Of a stretch of 64,000 nucleotides of DNA, positions 13,231-26,800 are shown piece by piece; the first letter of the stretch is position 1, and each line of letters begins with the position of its first letter. Source of the DNA: Takakia lepidozioides. Lineage: Eukaryota > Plantae > Bryophyta. The translations under genes and the position numbers were made by a program. The notes below the pieces were generated by a model. The model was not told where the DNA came from, did no database searches, and saw only the letters and a program-made list of their open reading frames with translations. The stretch lies in NCBI GenBank assembly GCA_030704615.1, contig CM060732.1, forward strand, positions 62,124,001-62,188,000, in the 5' to 3' direction.

Positions 13231-14733
13231 ATGGAAGAGGCGCCTCAGCCCGCTGTTTTTTGTAAGGCTTTGGTCAAGAGTAATCTGGCTGAGATGGCCA
13301 GCTCCTGGATGGTATGGTTCCTCAACCCCTAACTGTCAGAGCTTTTTTTCCTGCTCTCAATTGTTCGCTGTAGTTCTGCTTTCTCTGCTTCCTTTTCTCT
13401 TCTCTTTTTTCTGCTTGTTGCGAACATCCTGCAGCACTAACCGTTATGGGTGGGAGCTGCTTGTGCAGGTTATCCCTGCAGCATTTATCAAGTCTCACAG
13501 CAAAGACATTGGGCAGGTTGCAAATCTTCAGGGCCCGAGCGGTCAAGTGTGGCAGGTCGTTATTGGACGCACTGCCGACTGCGTAGCCTTCAAAGAGGGC
13601 TGGAGGGGTTTTGCGGCAGACAACAACTTGGAGATGGAAGACACTTTAGTGTTCACGCTGACTGGAAGGTCCCAGTTTTCAGTCCAAGTATTCGACATGA
13701 AAACCGGAGTTCAGAAGGTGAGCTCCCTCACAGCCAAAAACACTAGGACTTTTTGCTGTCAAGCTCCCCCAATGCCACAAGGGGGAAATTCAGAGTTTGC
13801 AGTCAAGGTGGTTGACACCAAGACCACTGTTCCAAAGGAGAGCGCCCTCACTGGGGTTTCTGATTGTAAAGCTTCCCCAATGCTGCAAGGGGGAAAGCGG
13901 AAGGCCGAGTCAACAAGTTCAGTGGAAGGACCAATGACTCAACTCTCCTTGAAAAAGAGGCTGGTGGTGGAAGCCCAATTGAAGAAACCTGTCGAGGTTG
14001 GGGTGCACCAATATATTGCCACAGCACGGGAGGTTGCCATGGACTCTAACATGGATGAAAGGAAACAGAGGACTGAGACTGGCATCTCAAATTCCATCAT
14101 TGAGCAGGCCAGTCATGTTGTAAACCAATCAAAGAGGCCTTGCCACTTGGTTGCTTTGCAAACATTCCATGTGACGCGTAAATTTCTGGTGAGGATCCAA
14201 CACAATGTTTGAATTCAATACTAGCAAGATCCTTTCAACAAAAGGAAGTTAAATGTGCAATTGTCGTTTATAACGCCACAAAAAAGAAAACAAAGTAAAG
14301 AAAGACGGTAGAAACTGTATCAGGTTTGACAAGAAATGAATCTTTTGGAGCTTTGGTCTTTCTCGACTTGTATTTCGATTAACTAGATTTTTCAGGCTGC
14401 TCATGCATTGACAAAGCCTCACTGACAGTTTTTCAACATGGCTGCAATGGTGGATTGCAGAGGTTTAAAATCAAATTTGGAAAAAGATTTATGCCACCAA
14501 AGACGACACAAATGGAATTGATAGATCCAGCTGGGCGTCGATGGCCAATGGTATGGCACCGGGAGAATGAGACTCACATGGGATTAAGAAAAGGATGGGT
14601 TCAGTTCTGCAGAGCACACAAGTTGAGAGAAGGTGACATCTGTGTGTTTGAACTCATGGAAACCACCAACCTGACATTACTAGCCCACATTTTTCACAGA
14701 GGAGATGGCAGCAAAAGAGTGCCAGACAACTAG
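13231..14733 (+). CDS. B3-domain (REM/VRN1-like) transcription factor with two B3 domains; exons 13231-13311, 13469-14188, 14461-14733 (~357 aa)
   Basis: B3 motifs VIPAAF..LQGPSGQVWQV..FKEGWRGFAADNNLEMEDTLVFTL and LIDPAGRRWPM..LRKGWVQFCRAHKLREGDICVFEL. GT-AG introns are phase 0 and keep the frame. Confidence 0.9.
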
Positions 14734-15069
14734 AGCATCTTTTTAACATGTGGCAAGATTAACTCTAATTCTTGCAAGCCTGCTCCATTTTAACTTATCA
14801 GCCCCTCTAGATAATAGCGAAGAACCTTCTGCCATTAGAATAATGTAATGTCAAGTTGCATCTCTCTCGTTTTCCTTGTATCATGTTTCCTTTGTCCCAT
14901 AAGCTCTTTTAAGCTTTCCATGGATGTCATAACGTTCCTTTCATTTCATTTTTCTTTCACTGTGGTTTCTCTTGTTCTTCTCGTGTTCCTTGGGCCCTCT
15001 GGGCCTCCCTTGTGATAAGCATCTTCTTTCTTTCTCTCTATTTTTCTGCTTTGCAGAGACTATCTGAGG

Positions 15070-16170
15070 GGTGTGTCCATGATTTCCTGTGTGACAATTA
15101 TGATTTCATCAACAAGGAACTTCAATACAAACAGTGTTTGGCTGAGACTGCAACTGAAGGGCAGGTTGAGGGCTACGGGCCTCCTTGTGGGATGTGTCTA
15201 CATGCCTGCAGAGGGAGCGCTTAATGTTGACATTGATAAAGCCCACCAGGAAGTTAAGCTGGACTGCTAAGTTCCTCGCCAGAGGTAACGTGGTCTTGCT
15301 AGAAGACTTCAATGCCCGATGGGCAAGGGTCTACAACAGGACAACATCATTAATCGGTTTATCAATTGCCTGGAAGAGCTTCGGCTTTTTGAGCAATAGG
15401 TCAAAAGATTCATGAAAAGCGCAAACTGGGGAACTTTTCCACTCTGGAATATATCAGAGTGGATAAGGAGTTGTTTCCCCAGTGTGCCAAAGTGTTGGTT
15501 AATAGAACTGATATCCGTGCTTCTGATCACTTTCTTGTCTGGACTGAGATCAAAAAGGTGTATTCTTAACAGAGATCTGTGCCACGTTCAATTTGGAAAT
15601 GGCGCATAGAAAAATTCCAGAGGGAAGAGGTCATGATGACTGTCCAGGCCTTAATTAAGCTCTTCCACCCTCATCCAATTGCTCCAAGATCTTCCCTCTT
15701 GTTTGGCTGATGCAAGAGGCGAGGTCGAAAGAGCTGTGGACTCTTCGAAGAGCTTCTTCACTTCTGTGGCTGATATGATCAATCGAAGGAAACTTATTGT
15801 ATGCGGAAGTTACGCATAAAACTTCCCGGAACTTCCCTGAAACTCCAGTGTGAGACATGGGTGAGGACCTTAAGGATGATCTGAAGGGCCTGCCTACCCT
15901 CAGCACTAGACTGAAATTTAAACTGCACCTTTGTTCACCAACTTTCAAAATCTCAAGGCTGACCCTAAAGCCCTGACCCTGTTGGGCTCTAATTGCTGGG
16001 CAGCTTACAAACAGCAGATGGATGCTTGTGTGAAGGGCTTCTAGGAAAGCCAGAAGTAATTCTTTATATCAAGGTAAGTCCCACTGCTGGAGTGAGCCTC
16101 TCACAGAGGTAGCCTGTTCCAGCCAAACTGGGCACCGGGGTCTATCGCCACAAGGCTATGGCAAACAAGA
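15070..16170 (+). mobile_element. internally deleted LINE: APE endonuclease remnant plus family 3' end
   Basis: SVWLRLQ..LLVGCVYMP..VVLLEDFNAR is an APE-type motif. Downstream [27 protein letters not shown] and the 3' end match 28330-28830. Confidence 0.75.
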
Positions 16171-19100
16171 ATACACTTTTTATACAATGTCCCATGGGCC
16201 CTCAGGCTCTGGTAGACGTGATTAGTGTTTTTCTCTGTTTCTTCTCATGAAGTTCCTTTCCATTTTTTCGTTCTCTCTGGGCTCCTCTGGGTGTTATAAA
16301 CTGCTGTGGAAGTTCTACCACCCTTTCAGCCAGGATTTGTCTGTAACGAAGAGTAGTTGATCGTTTCAAGTCAAAATCTCAGCCCATCAAACGGTAGCAA
16401 GAGGGTGGGGTAAAGTGTTACCAGAAATAAGGAGCTGGTGCATAGTTTTTGTCAGACATCATCTTGAAGAAAGGAGCTTCCAGAACTTGTTGGACCTTAG
16501 CCTGGCCCTCAGCCCATGAGTTTCAAAGCATATGCAAGTGCACAATGCGAACTTAACCACATAAGGCTTGGCTTCTGGAGGCAGAACTGTCACAAGGAAA
16601 GATCGCCAACACGGCCTGTCATGACATAAGAGAGAGGTGAAGCATAAGTGATAACTTGCATTTAAGAGTCGCATAAGACACAAACTCATTGAAAATCCCA
16701 TAATCTACTCATCTACATTTCAAAATCAAAGATCTATCCAGTGGGTACAGATGTGAGAATTTCTAGCTCAACGCATACAAGAAACCACAGTCCACTGAAA
16801 ATCCCAGAATCTATCCATTTGCTAGCACAGCTGTCAAACTTAGATAACAAACAAAAAGATCTTTACTAAAGACTCCACAAAACCACACCTTTTGGGCTTA
16901 GATGACAGACAAAAAGATAGGGCATCCGGCAGAAGTACAATGCATTAAGCACTCATCAAAAGTCCAACTTCCTCCGCCAACTAAAGAATGTACCACAAGG
17001 AGATCAATCTACGAACTAGTGAAATTGCCACCTATTAAGCATGATTCCTTCCATAACAAAGGCTACTAATTACAGGTATTTTGCAATTGTAGAGGTGAAA
17101 TTTTCTGAATCCAACAGCACTACTTTCAAATCAGGAGGCATTTCTGTTAGCCTCCCAACTCTACCCAATGTCTCAGGCAGAGTGTGATGGCATGCTTTGG
17201 TGGGTGCCTAAGAATGCCTTCTCTGTATCAATTTCTAGCTACTATGTTCAGTGAGCAGCAAATAAGGAGAAACGTCCCCACTGCCAAAGCTACCACTTCC
17301 CATACATGAAGATGTTGTGGAATAGGAGAAGGGGAGATACTATAGAGTGACTCATATCCTAAAGAAACGGGGAGAAAGAGCTCCCGCCAAGATGATCACA
17401 GCAGCAAACAATGGAAGCATGCTTACAATCTGCACAACCTGTAATACCGCTTGTTCTGTTCCAGGAGATCCTGAAAGGCAAGCATCCAAGGACAAAAGAA
17501 AGAGATGAGAGGAACTTGTGATTGTTCCCCAATGCTTTTCAGATTATTAGTTGCATTTCCCGTGTCTATGTAGGATATGAAGTGTGTTGTGATATAGACC
17601 TCCTTACTCAAACATCTTTATCTATGGTAAGTGGCAGCTTCACATGCATGAGGAGGAAACTTGAGGAGAAACTTGAGGAGAGAACGTGCTGATTCTTGAT
17701 GCCCCAGATGTACAAAGTGGATGGAATTTTGCTCACATGTCCAAGAGATCTGCACAGAATCAAGACAACCAGAAGTTAGGCATTCAGATTGCGGACAAAG
17801 TGTAGTCATCTACAATGCTTGTTCGTCCTCTTCTCCAAATCCTCCAAGTTTACAAGTTTGATGGAGTAGCATAGCTGAACGGATGTCACCAGAAATGAGG
17901 CAGAAAACACAGTATCCTCTGCCGTGTTGTTGATTGTGCTGATCAGCTCTGGCAGATCAAAATATGAGCGAGAATCATCACAAATGAAACAAACCCCCTC
18001 AACAAATACCTTGTCCAGCGCCTTGAGACGGACGCAACCTACCATATCATGGGTCGGTAAGTGCGATCAAGATACAATCCAAGAACTCCAATCTTCCTAT
18101 CCAAGGAAGAGGAACCCACCCCAACAATGAGTGCCACCATATTCACTGTCACAGACATGGAAGTCCTGGAGAAAATGGAAAGCCTCATTTTGTTGCCCAG
18201 CAAGGAATGTCAATACAACTGAAACCAACATGCCTCAAGAGACACCTTGTCCAGAGCATTCACTGTCACAAAGATGGAGAGCCCAAGAAAGCGCAAACCC
18301 GCCACTGGTGATTGGCATGTGCAATCGATATGCCAGTAGTGCCTTCACTATCACTAAGATGGAAGTGGTAGAGAGCCCAACCTGTAGAAAGCCAAACCTG
18401 CCGTGCTGCTGCAATCAAAATACCAGGAAGGACTTCCAACACAGTCGAAACAAAGCCACGCCTTCTCCAACGTCGAAATGCTACTACGCTCAGATCAGAT
18501 CCCAACCCTCATGAGCAGGGAATGCGAACACAAATGAAATAAACCCACCTCAAGAAACCCTCTTCCAGATCCTTCACTATCACAGAGATAGAAGGTCAAA
18601 GAAAGCGTAACCCAACCGCCATGGTGTTGGTTGGCACATGCAAGCGAAATATGAGCAAGGTATATGCACGCATGTGGAGCAGACCCACCTCATGCACCTT
18701 GCCCAACGAAGACTACCTACTACGCTAAGAGATTCGGACCCTGCAGCATTGAGACTACTGGACCTCACTCTTCGAAACCCGAAACCCGAAACGAAGATGG
18801 ATCAGATATATGAAGCATAGAGTGAAGATGGCCAGTTTCTTTTCCCGATCCATCTTCACACTCCCTTCCCCGAACACATGGAAACCGGAGTGTTGTCCTG
18901 CTTCCTTCTCCCACCGACCCATCTTTACACTCCCTTCCTCAGTATCATTCGGATTCCTCTGCCACTACGACACTTACGAAACACACGGTGGAGAAACGTG
19001 TGGCTAGTTAGCTTAATTAAGCTGGCTACATCCAATTACCCTCCTGGTTCAACCTCACAGAGACAATAACAATTCCATTCTTTGGGCATTGTAGGCTAAA

Positions 19101-20843
19101 GGGTGCTAAGTGAATTGTTACTTAGTTTTGTTCCAATGCATGACCTCAATGAGGAGGAAGACATGGCCTACATGCTCATCCGCCACAAACTTGGTAGAAA
19201 GGATCCTCAACTGGGCTAATCCTGAAAAGCTCCTTTCCAATTGCCATAAACTTTTACTTTGGTCTTAGTTGGGTGGAAGTAAAGCCCGCACTTGCCAAAT
19301 GATCCAGTGGGATCAGTGGCCAAGTTGGTTGTACTGCTTTTCCATCCCGTTTTCGGTGTAGTGGGACTGAAGATACATATACAATAATGTTGACTGTGGC
19401 CCTTTGTCAGTCATTGCCTGACTTTCAGTAAGCTAGGCTTTCATTACATAGGCAAAAGCCAAGGAAAGAGGACACTAAGCCTGCTGATGGGAAATCAGGA
19501 AAATTTGTTTGAACCCCTAATACTAGGTAGCTTTGGGATGCCCCTTTGTGCAAGACCAAAAAACAGGTAATTAGGGCTGGCCATGAAAGACTTTTGATAT
19601 CTCTCTTTCTCACATATACAACAACCATAGACATCTGCCTACATAGGCGGCAGTTCAGTTCCATGCAAGCAAATATGATCTAGGTATCATATGAAGGATA
19701 CATCATTTTGTATGAACCCTTTACTGGCGGATAAATATGTATGGAAGGTGGTCGGACTTCCGCAATGAACATGAGCATATGATATGTTGGCGCTTTTATT
19801 TATGCTGGCTTCGGCTGTCATCATATAAATACATATATATATGGTGTTGCTCACTCCATAATTAGTTTCAGAATATCGGAAATCACATGAAGTAGAGTTA
19901 TGGGTCTAGATATTGACAGTAAAAGTAGTGATAACATTTGGGGACATCAAAGCTGTTTTTGGAACATCATATTCAGTGGACACAACAGAGTAGTATGTAA
20001 GAACCTTCAATCCATTTTTTGGGTTAATTGTATTGTGTCATAATAGAGCCCACTTGGGCAATATCCGCAAGGGATATTACGTTAACTTTGGTTGGCGTTG
20101 TGTCTCTCTCATATTTCTTGTTTACATTGACATTTAACACCCAGTATGTTCAATAAGCTGTACTGAATGTTATATATCATTGTACTAATTGGTGTTTTAT
20201 GCATTCTTCAGGTCATGAAGCAAAAGCCAGCATGCCCGCCTTGCTTAACTGTGGATTGTGCAATTACAAGCATGCAAGAATCCTCTCCGCTTCTAGACGT
20301 CCAATGAACCAATGTTATGATAGTGAAATTTTTGGCAAGATAAGTTTTGGGGATCCCTAGTATTCAGCTAGAAACTGAATGGATTTTCTCACTTGCAAGG
20401 TTGTTGACATCTATTTGTTGGTATCGTCTTGGCTCCAAGAAGCTCCATCAACTTACTCTCTTGGTTAAGAATTGCCATTTGTGTTTATTACTATGTTCAA
20501 CTCAATATTCCTCTTTTCTTAAGCAGGTCATTTTGGGCGTAATAGTAGGGTCTCTGATGGATTGTAGCAGGTACTATGTGCAACAGGCCTTAGGAAGAAT
20601 GTTGCTGCATATATTTGTGCTATAGCTTTTTTGTTTTTATATAGAAAGACAAGGGGAGACAGGAAGCCCTGTAGCCATCATTCAGAGTGAAGTCACAAGG
20701 TAGAGTGTTCCCCATAAACAATCTGGACATCATAAATGTGTAGTCAGGAACTTTTTCAGTTGATGACATGAGTCCTGCCTGTTGTAAGAGTGAGGCTGCT
20801 TGAAGCCCTTACAGAAAATGAAGCCATCACCTTAAACGACACA

Positions 20844-23800
20844 TCACCTCTTACCCTTTCCCTTTCCACCTCTCTGGCCTTTAGAACCACTTCCAGACTT
20901 CCCCCTCCCTCCACCTTTCCCACCCCGGGCCCCACTCTTGCCACCCCGAGTACTGAAACCATGTTTCATCATTTTTTTCTGCCTGTGCTTCCGCACTTCC
21001 TCAACACCTTTAAGTTCATCCCGCACATTGGCATTGGGAATACCCCTTCCGCCTTGCTTTCTGCCAAGGCTGCTGCTACGGCCTCCACCACGACCCCCTC
21101 CTCGGCCTCCCCTTCTGCCTCTTTGGTTTGTAGAGGCATCCTCTGTTGTCCAAACCACAGGTTATTATGCTTATGTAGTAAGCCAACTATCCACCCTTCT
21201 AGGTGCACTCTGCTGAGACTCAACTGTCTAGCTCAAGTTACCACTAGCCTATAATTGCGATATCATATAGATGCTTCCAGTACTTTACTTTCTTAATTCC
21301 TGTAAGCAGCAGGTCTGTCACTATATAAAATATGAAGCTCTGCTTGAGTAATACACAAGTACAGAGGGGTAAAGAGCATTCAAGAACTAGGCATATTATT
21401 GGATTCCAAGAAGTTGATAAGCTCATTCCTCATGCTTTCGGCAGGTGGGTTCTTCAATAAAGCCAGTGTATGTAATTTTTTTTATCTTCAAAGGCCCTGG
21501 GCAGGGCAGTGTCCTCTGTGACCATATTTTCCTTAATTGAACTACTGAAATTTGGATCTTATTTCACACTCTGCTTGGGACATGCCTGAAAGTTTGAAGT
21601 GAAAATAGCGGCAGAAATCATACCTGGTCCTGTTCCAGTGAAGCCATTCGCATCATTTTCCTCACCAAGAGTGGAGACATGCATATGTGTGTGTTCTTTC
21701 CACTTCTTGTAAATACCTCTGTTGCCTGCATTTACTTTGGCTCCACTCTCTGTCTTGATCTGCAGACCATGCCAAACAAATCGTGAATGTGGTTACGTAC
21801 CAAAATGTAATGCATTTCCCTACATGGATGGCATGGGCATTTACTTTGGCTCCACTCTCTGTCTTGATCTGCAGACCATGCCAAACAAATCGTGAATGTG
21901 GTTACGTACCAAAATGTAATGCATTTCCCTACATGGATGGCATGGTCTGGTGGATCTCAACCTGCTGATTCCCAATCTAGGCTTCCACAGGATCAACCCC
22001 ATGGTAGACCAGCCAACTGCTTTCTAGAAGGACTGTTTCCCAGTTGCAGGTTCTGGGCTGCAAGTGCCAGATGTAACTGGTATAACCACTCCTGTGCTTG
22101 CAACCCCTGGAAGAGAGTGTGTACAATACCTTTCCAGTTGCGGTGACTTTCTCGCCACGATTGAGCTTCACAAACTTCTTGTTTTTCTGCAATCCAAAGC
22201 CCACAACATCAGCATGCATTCAGCAGATTCTTCCTTCTGCTGCATTCAGCAGCAAAACCTCAGACAGATCATTCAGGCCAATAGTTTCTCTAGAGAAAAA
22301 TCTCACCGACCTTATCCCAGTGGTATGTTGCCTTTTGTTTTTGAACGCCTGATTCATCATCTGCAATGAGATCCAGCACTTCTGTGTCCATTCTGCATGC
22401 CCGAAACCAATCTTGATTAGAACTGGAATGCTTGCAACAGATGATGCTCAGCATGGTCTGGGCAATAGACTGGCGTTCAGATAAGAAGGCCGCATGAGGG
22501 GTGTGGGACAAGAGAGAAGATATAGACAACAGGCTTGAAGGGGGTACACACCTGCTAGGGCCAAAACCATCACCACCTTTCACTGTGAGACCCGCCTCCA
22601 TATGCTGCAAAATGTACCACCACCAAACTTCCTAAACCCTCTACAGTGTCTACAAGTACAGCAATTGACCTAAAAGAACGAATCAGGATTAGCTTCTACT
22701 GCTCCTTAACCTGATAGGCTACTGAAGTGTCACCTTTACATGGACATGACCGTCTATTTTTTTTCTTCCATTAATGGTGAGAACCACAAACTGTTTCAGG
22801 GGCATTCAGAAGCCCCCTGGTGCAGAAATGGGCTTGACAACGTGCTCCAGTGACCCATGAGATTGTTCTGCACCATATGGGAATGAAACCACGACAGCAT
22901 GCCATAACAGCTAGGCTAAAATTGCAAGCTTATAACTACATACATCCACACCTCACATGGGAGCACCCTCTTGCTACAAATATATATGTTTAACAGGATG
23001 CTTACTCGATTGGATGGAATTGCATCAATGTAGAACTCGTCATCCCTATAGCTCTTTGGTAGCTGCTTATGTCCCCCACCTGCAGCATTGGAAGGTGCCC
23101 TTCAGCATATAAAGAGATATGTCGAAGAATAAAGGGAGAGATTTTACATTAGATACTCCCTGCAAACTTTGGCTGTGATGTATACTTTGAGTCCCCACTG
23201 CCTCCTAACCTATGAAGTCAGCTGTGGGATTTGGACCAACTGACATCATACTAGCAAGTCATGAAGTTCGTTTTTAGCATTGGCCTCTGGAAGATGTGAC
23301 ACATCTAACAGCAAGTTACACTGCCAGTTGCACTCAAAAGGCAGAGAAAGTGATAGAAGTGAATGATGTACCATTAAACTTTGCTTGATAAAACCAGCAG
23401 AAGCTTGGTATCTATGTGGTTTCTTAGTTTTATGTCTTTATTGACGGGTTCATGAGGAGGATTTCTCATCAACTTTGACCTTGGGCAAGTACTCCTAGAA
23501 ACAAAAAAGAGAAAACGAGAGGAACTTCATGATGCCTGGACTGCAATTGCACTAGCCTCTGAATTTAAGGAGTCCCAACGGGAAAAGGTGCAGGGGATAG
23601 AACAGGGAGAGAAGGAGAAACTTTGAAGGAAATGGGATAAACTGGTTCACCCACCTTTGGAGTCCTTTTGTCCTCCCTGTCTCCGTTTGGAGCGTTTGGA
23701 GGGAGGCTCGTCTGCTGAAGGTCCATCATCCTCATGATCCTGAGATAAAAATAGCCTGTGAGAATACACACAAACAGAACACTAACCCGGCCTGAACAGC

Positions 23801-26800
23801 AAAATCTTAGCAGCTAGCCAGACAGGGTGCATGTTGTAAGAGATGCAGCACTGCAAAACCACAGTTATCCACAATTATCATGCAAGGGGATCTGAGTTGG
23901 TTAAATTTGGATGCAAGTAGAACTGGAATTCATGGTCTACATAGTCCAGTGAAAGGTGCATGACCTAAAAAACCTTTTCAGAAGCTTTGGTCGCAGCTCG
24001 TTGTTGCTGAGCAGCAGCAATGACATGTTCATGCACAGCCCTCTTGCGCTTCATGATTTCCACAACTTGAGCTATTGGCGTCTGGATCATGCAAGATCAC
24101 TTTCAAAGTATGGCAATATTGTGCATACAACCCAACAGCAACCTGCACTAGTTACGAAAGAGAGGAGAAAAGGAAGCGCATAGATGGCCATAGATTGAAG
24201 GTAAGACCAACAATCCAACTGAGACAACAGACACCCCTGATGTTTGAAATGCGGCAACGTAGAAACTTAAATTGGAACAGAACGATCCGGGTACCAAATC
24301 ACAAGTGAAGTTCCAAGGTGGTGGGAAAAGAAACCCATGTACCATAGCTATAGGGAAATATACCATACCACAAATGGACAGACAGAATGAAAAACGCAGA
24401 GGAAAGAGAGAAAATGTATAGCATCTGAGAGGAGGGCCAGAGGGCCCCATACAACCAAAACCAAGGAAGCAAGCAGTGGAATCACAGAGACCAATATCCT
24501 TACAAGTATTGAGATATCTCCATATTTAAACTTAAATATAGAAGTACTGAAAAGACCTGATATATAGTTAGAGGGTTTTCCAGTAGAGAAAACCAGAAAC
24601 AAACAGCATAGAAAAGACAAATAGAGACAAGGAAAAAGAAGAAAGGACAAAATAGACAGATACAAACAGAACAACAAACACAGATTAATCTTGAACCCGC
24701 AAACTGGAATTGTGGTATAGATTTGGTAACTGTCTTTCTACAGAGACCAAGAACTACTCAAAGAAAGGAAAACAAAAAGAAAGAGAAAAGCTTTTTAGTC
24801 CAGATGAGGCCCCAATGGCCCATCAGACAAAGCAGAACAGCAGGCAAAAACCCCACATCAAAATACACCAAACATAACCCAAAGACGAGATGTGTACGCA
24901 TAAGAGGTTGTTTGCCGTAGCATCGCCTTTGTGAGGGGCTTACTCCAGTCAGGTTACCTTGATATAAACAATTAGTTCAGGCTTAACAGATTTCCTCTCC
25001 CTTCACACAATCTTCAATCTACTGTGTGAGCTGCCCAGCAACTAGACCCTCACAGGCCAGGGCTTTAGGCTCAGCCTCAAGATTATGCAAGTTGGAGAAT
25101 AGAAGTGCAGGGACTATGTTCTTGAAGGTCCTGAAGAGGGTCGCTCTCTGATGACATTATCCAAGACATTGTATCAGAAAATGCATAGTCTTCAAGCCGC
25201 CCACACATCGGGTAGTGACAATCTCCCATTCCTCTCTGCATCTGTCTATTGTTGACTCCCCGCCCCATGTTTAAATTTCAGTCTAGTGCCGAGGGTAGGT
25301 AGGCCAAGAGAGAGAGCGAAAGACGGAAAGAAACTTTATGACATTCACAATGGAAAGAGAGAGGGATGAAGTACATGTGCAAGAGGAAACGACAACAATG
25401 TATGAAAAAAAGGCAAAGAAGGTGGAGGTTGAAAGGACAAAAAAAAAAGAGGGAGAAGAAGTGTCTATTAGCCTACAACGCCGTATGTAGAACCAATTCA
25501 ATGAAAGTAGAGAAAGCACCTTCCTGTTTTTGCCTTTGGCCACCTCACCTTCCGCCTCAAGCACTGTTTGCTTTGGCCTGTGATACAGAGACAAGAATGA
25601 ATAAGATACAAATCTCACTGAAACAAGCCATGGTAGGCCATAACCATGTAGACATTTGCAGAAGTATGATGTTGGTTGCAGGGAATGCTCAATGTAAGGT
25701 TCCGTGGAAGGTATAGTCCTTTGCAGCATACTTACCCTTCCAGAGCCAGTCATGGGGTTTCCGCACATCAGAGTACATGTGACAGCCAAATGCTGTACTG
25801 CTAGCACACAGCAGACAGCAATGAGCTTACGGCGAGTTGTGTGTTAATTGAGGAGCTGGCGTGGATATAAGATCAAAAGCATGAGGTGAATTCCAGCACC
25901 TTGAAATGGGCTGCAGTTGTCCTCTCAGTCACACTCCTCTGAAAAAAGAGCAAGCAGACACAGAGAGCAAGACTGTACTCATGAGACGACGTACTCCGTA
26001 GCCTTGTGACCATAGACACTGCACCCACTTTGGCTGGAGCGAGAAACAGACACTACCTCTGTAAGGGGCTTCCTCCAGTAGTGTGACTTATCTTGATATA
26101 AACAATTTGTTTGGGCTTTCCAGATTTCCTCTAGAAAGCCCTTCACACAAGCATCAATCTGCTGTGTGATCTGCCCAGCAGTTAGACCCCATGGCTTTAG
26201 CATCAGCCTCAAGATTTTGACAGTCAGTGAACAGAGGTGCAGGGACTATGTTCTCGATGGTCCTGAAGAGGGTCGCTCTCTGACGAGAGTACCCTAAACA
26301 TTGTATCAGAAAATGGATATAATCTTCAGGCCTCCTGCACATCAGGCATTGACAATCGCATCTGTTTATTGTTCAAAGGTAGACTCCCAGCCCTGAGTTT
26401 AGATTTCAGGCTAGTGCGGAGGGTAAGTGGCCCTTCAGGTTATCCTTAAGGTCTGTTACATACTGGAAACAATTTCAGGGAGGTTTTATGCCTAACTTAG
26501 TTACACAGGGAGAGTGAAAGATGTACTCATAAGACTTCGTTTGCCGCAGCCTTGTGGAGGGAGACTGAAAAAGAGAGATAGGCCGTCTTGTCACGACAAG
26601 GGAGGATCTGTCAGGACTTGACCAGATCAGAAAGTTTTTAAGGAAAAACCAGGACAATACAGCCTTGCATTGCAAGGCACCATCGCCCTTCTCCTAAAGG
26701 ACAGTCTTTCTACTGATTTGTTTCACACTTCTGGGTGATTGGGGTGGGTGGTGGGGTTTGTTAGAAACCCTTCAGAAACCCACCTTTCTTCATAGTGACA

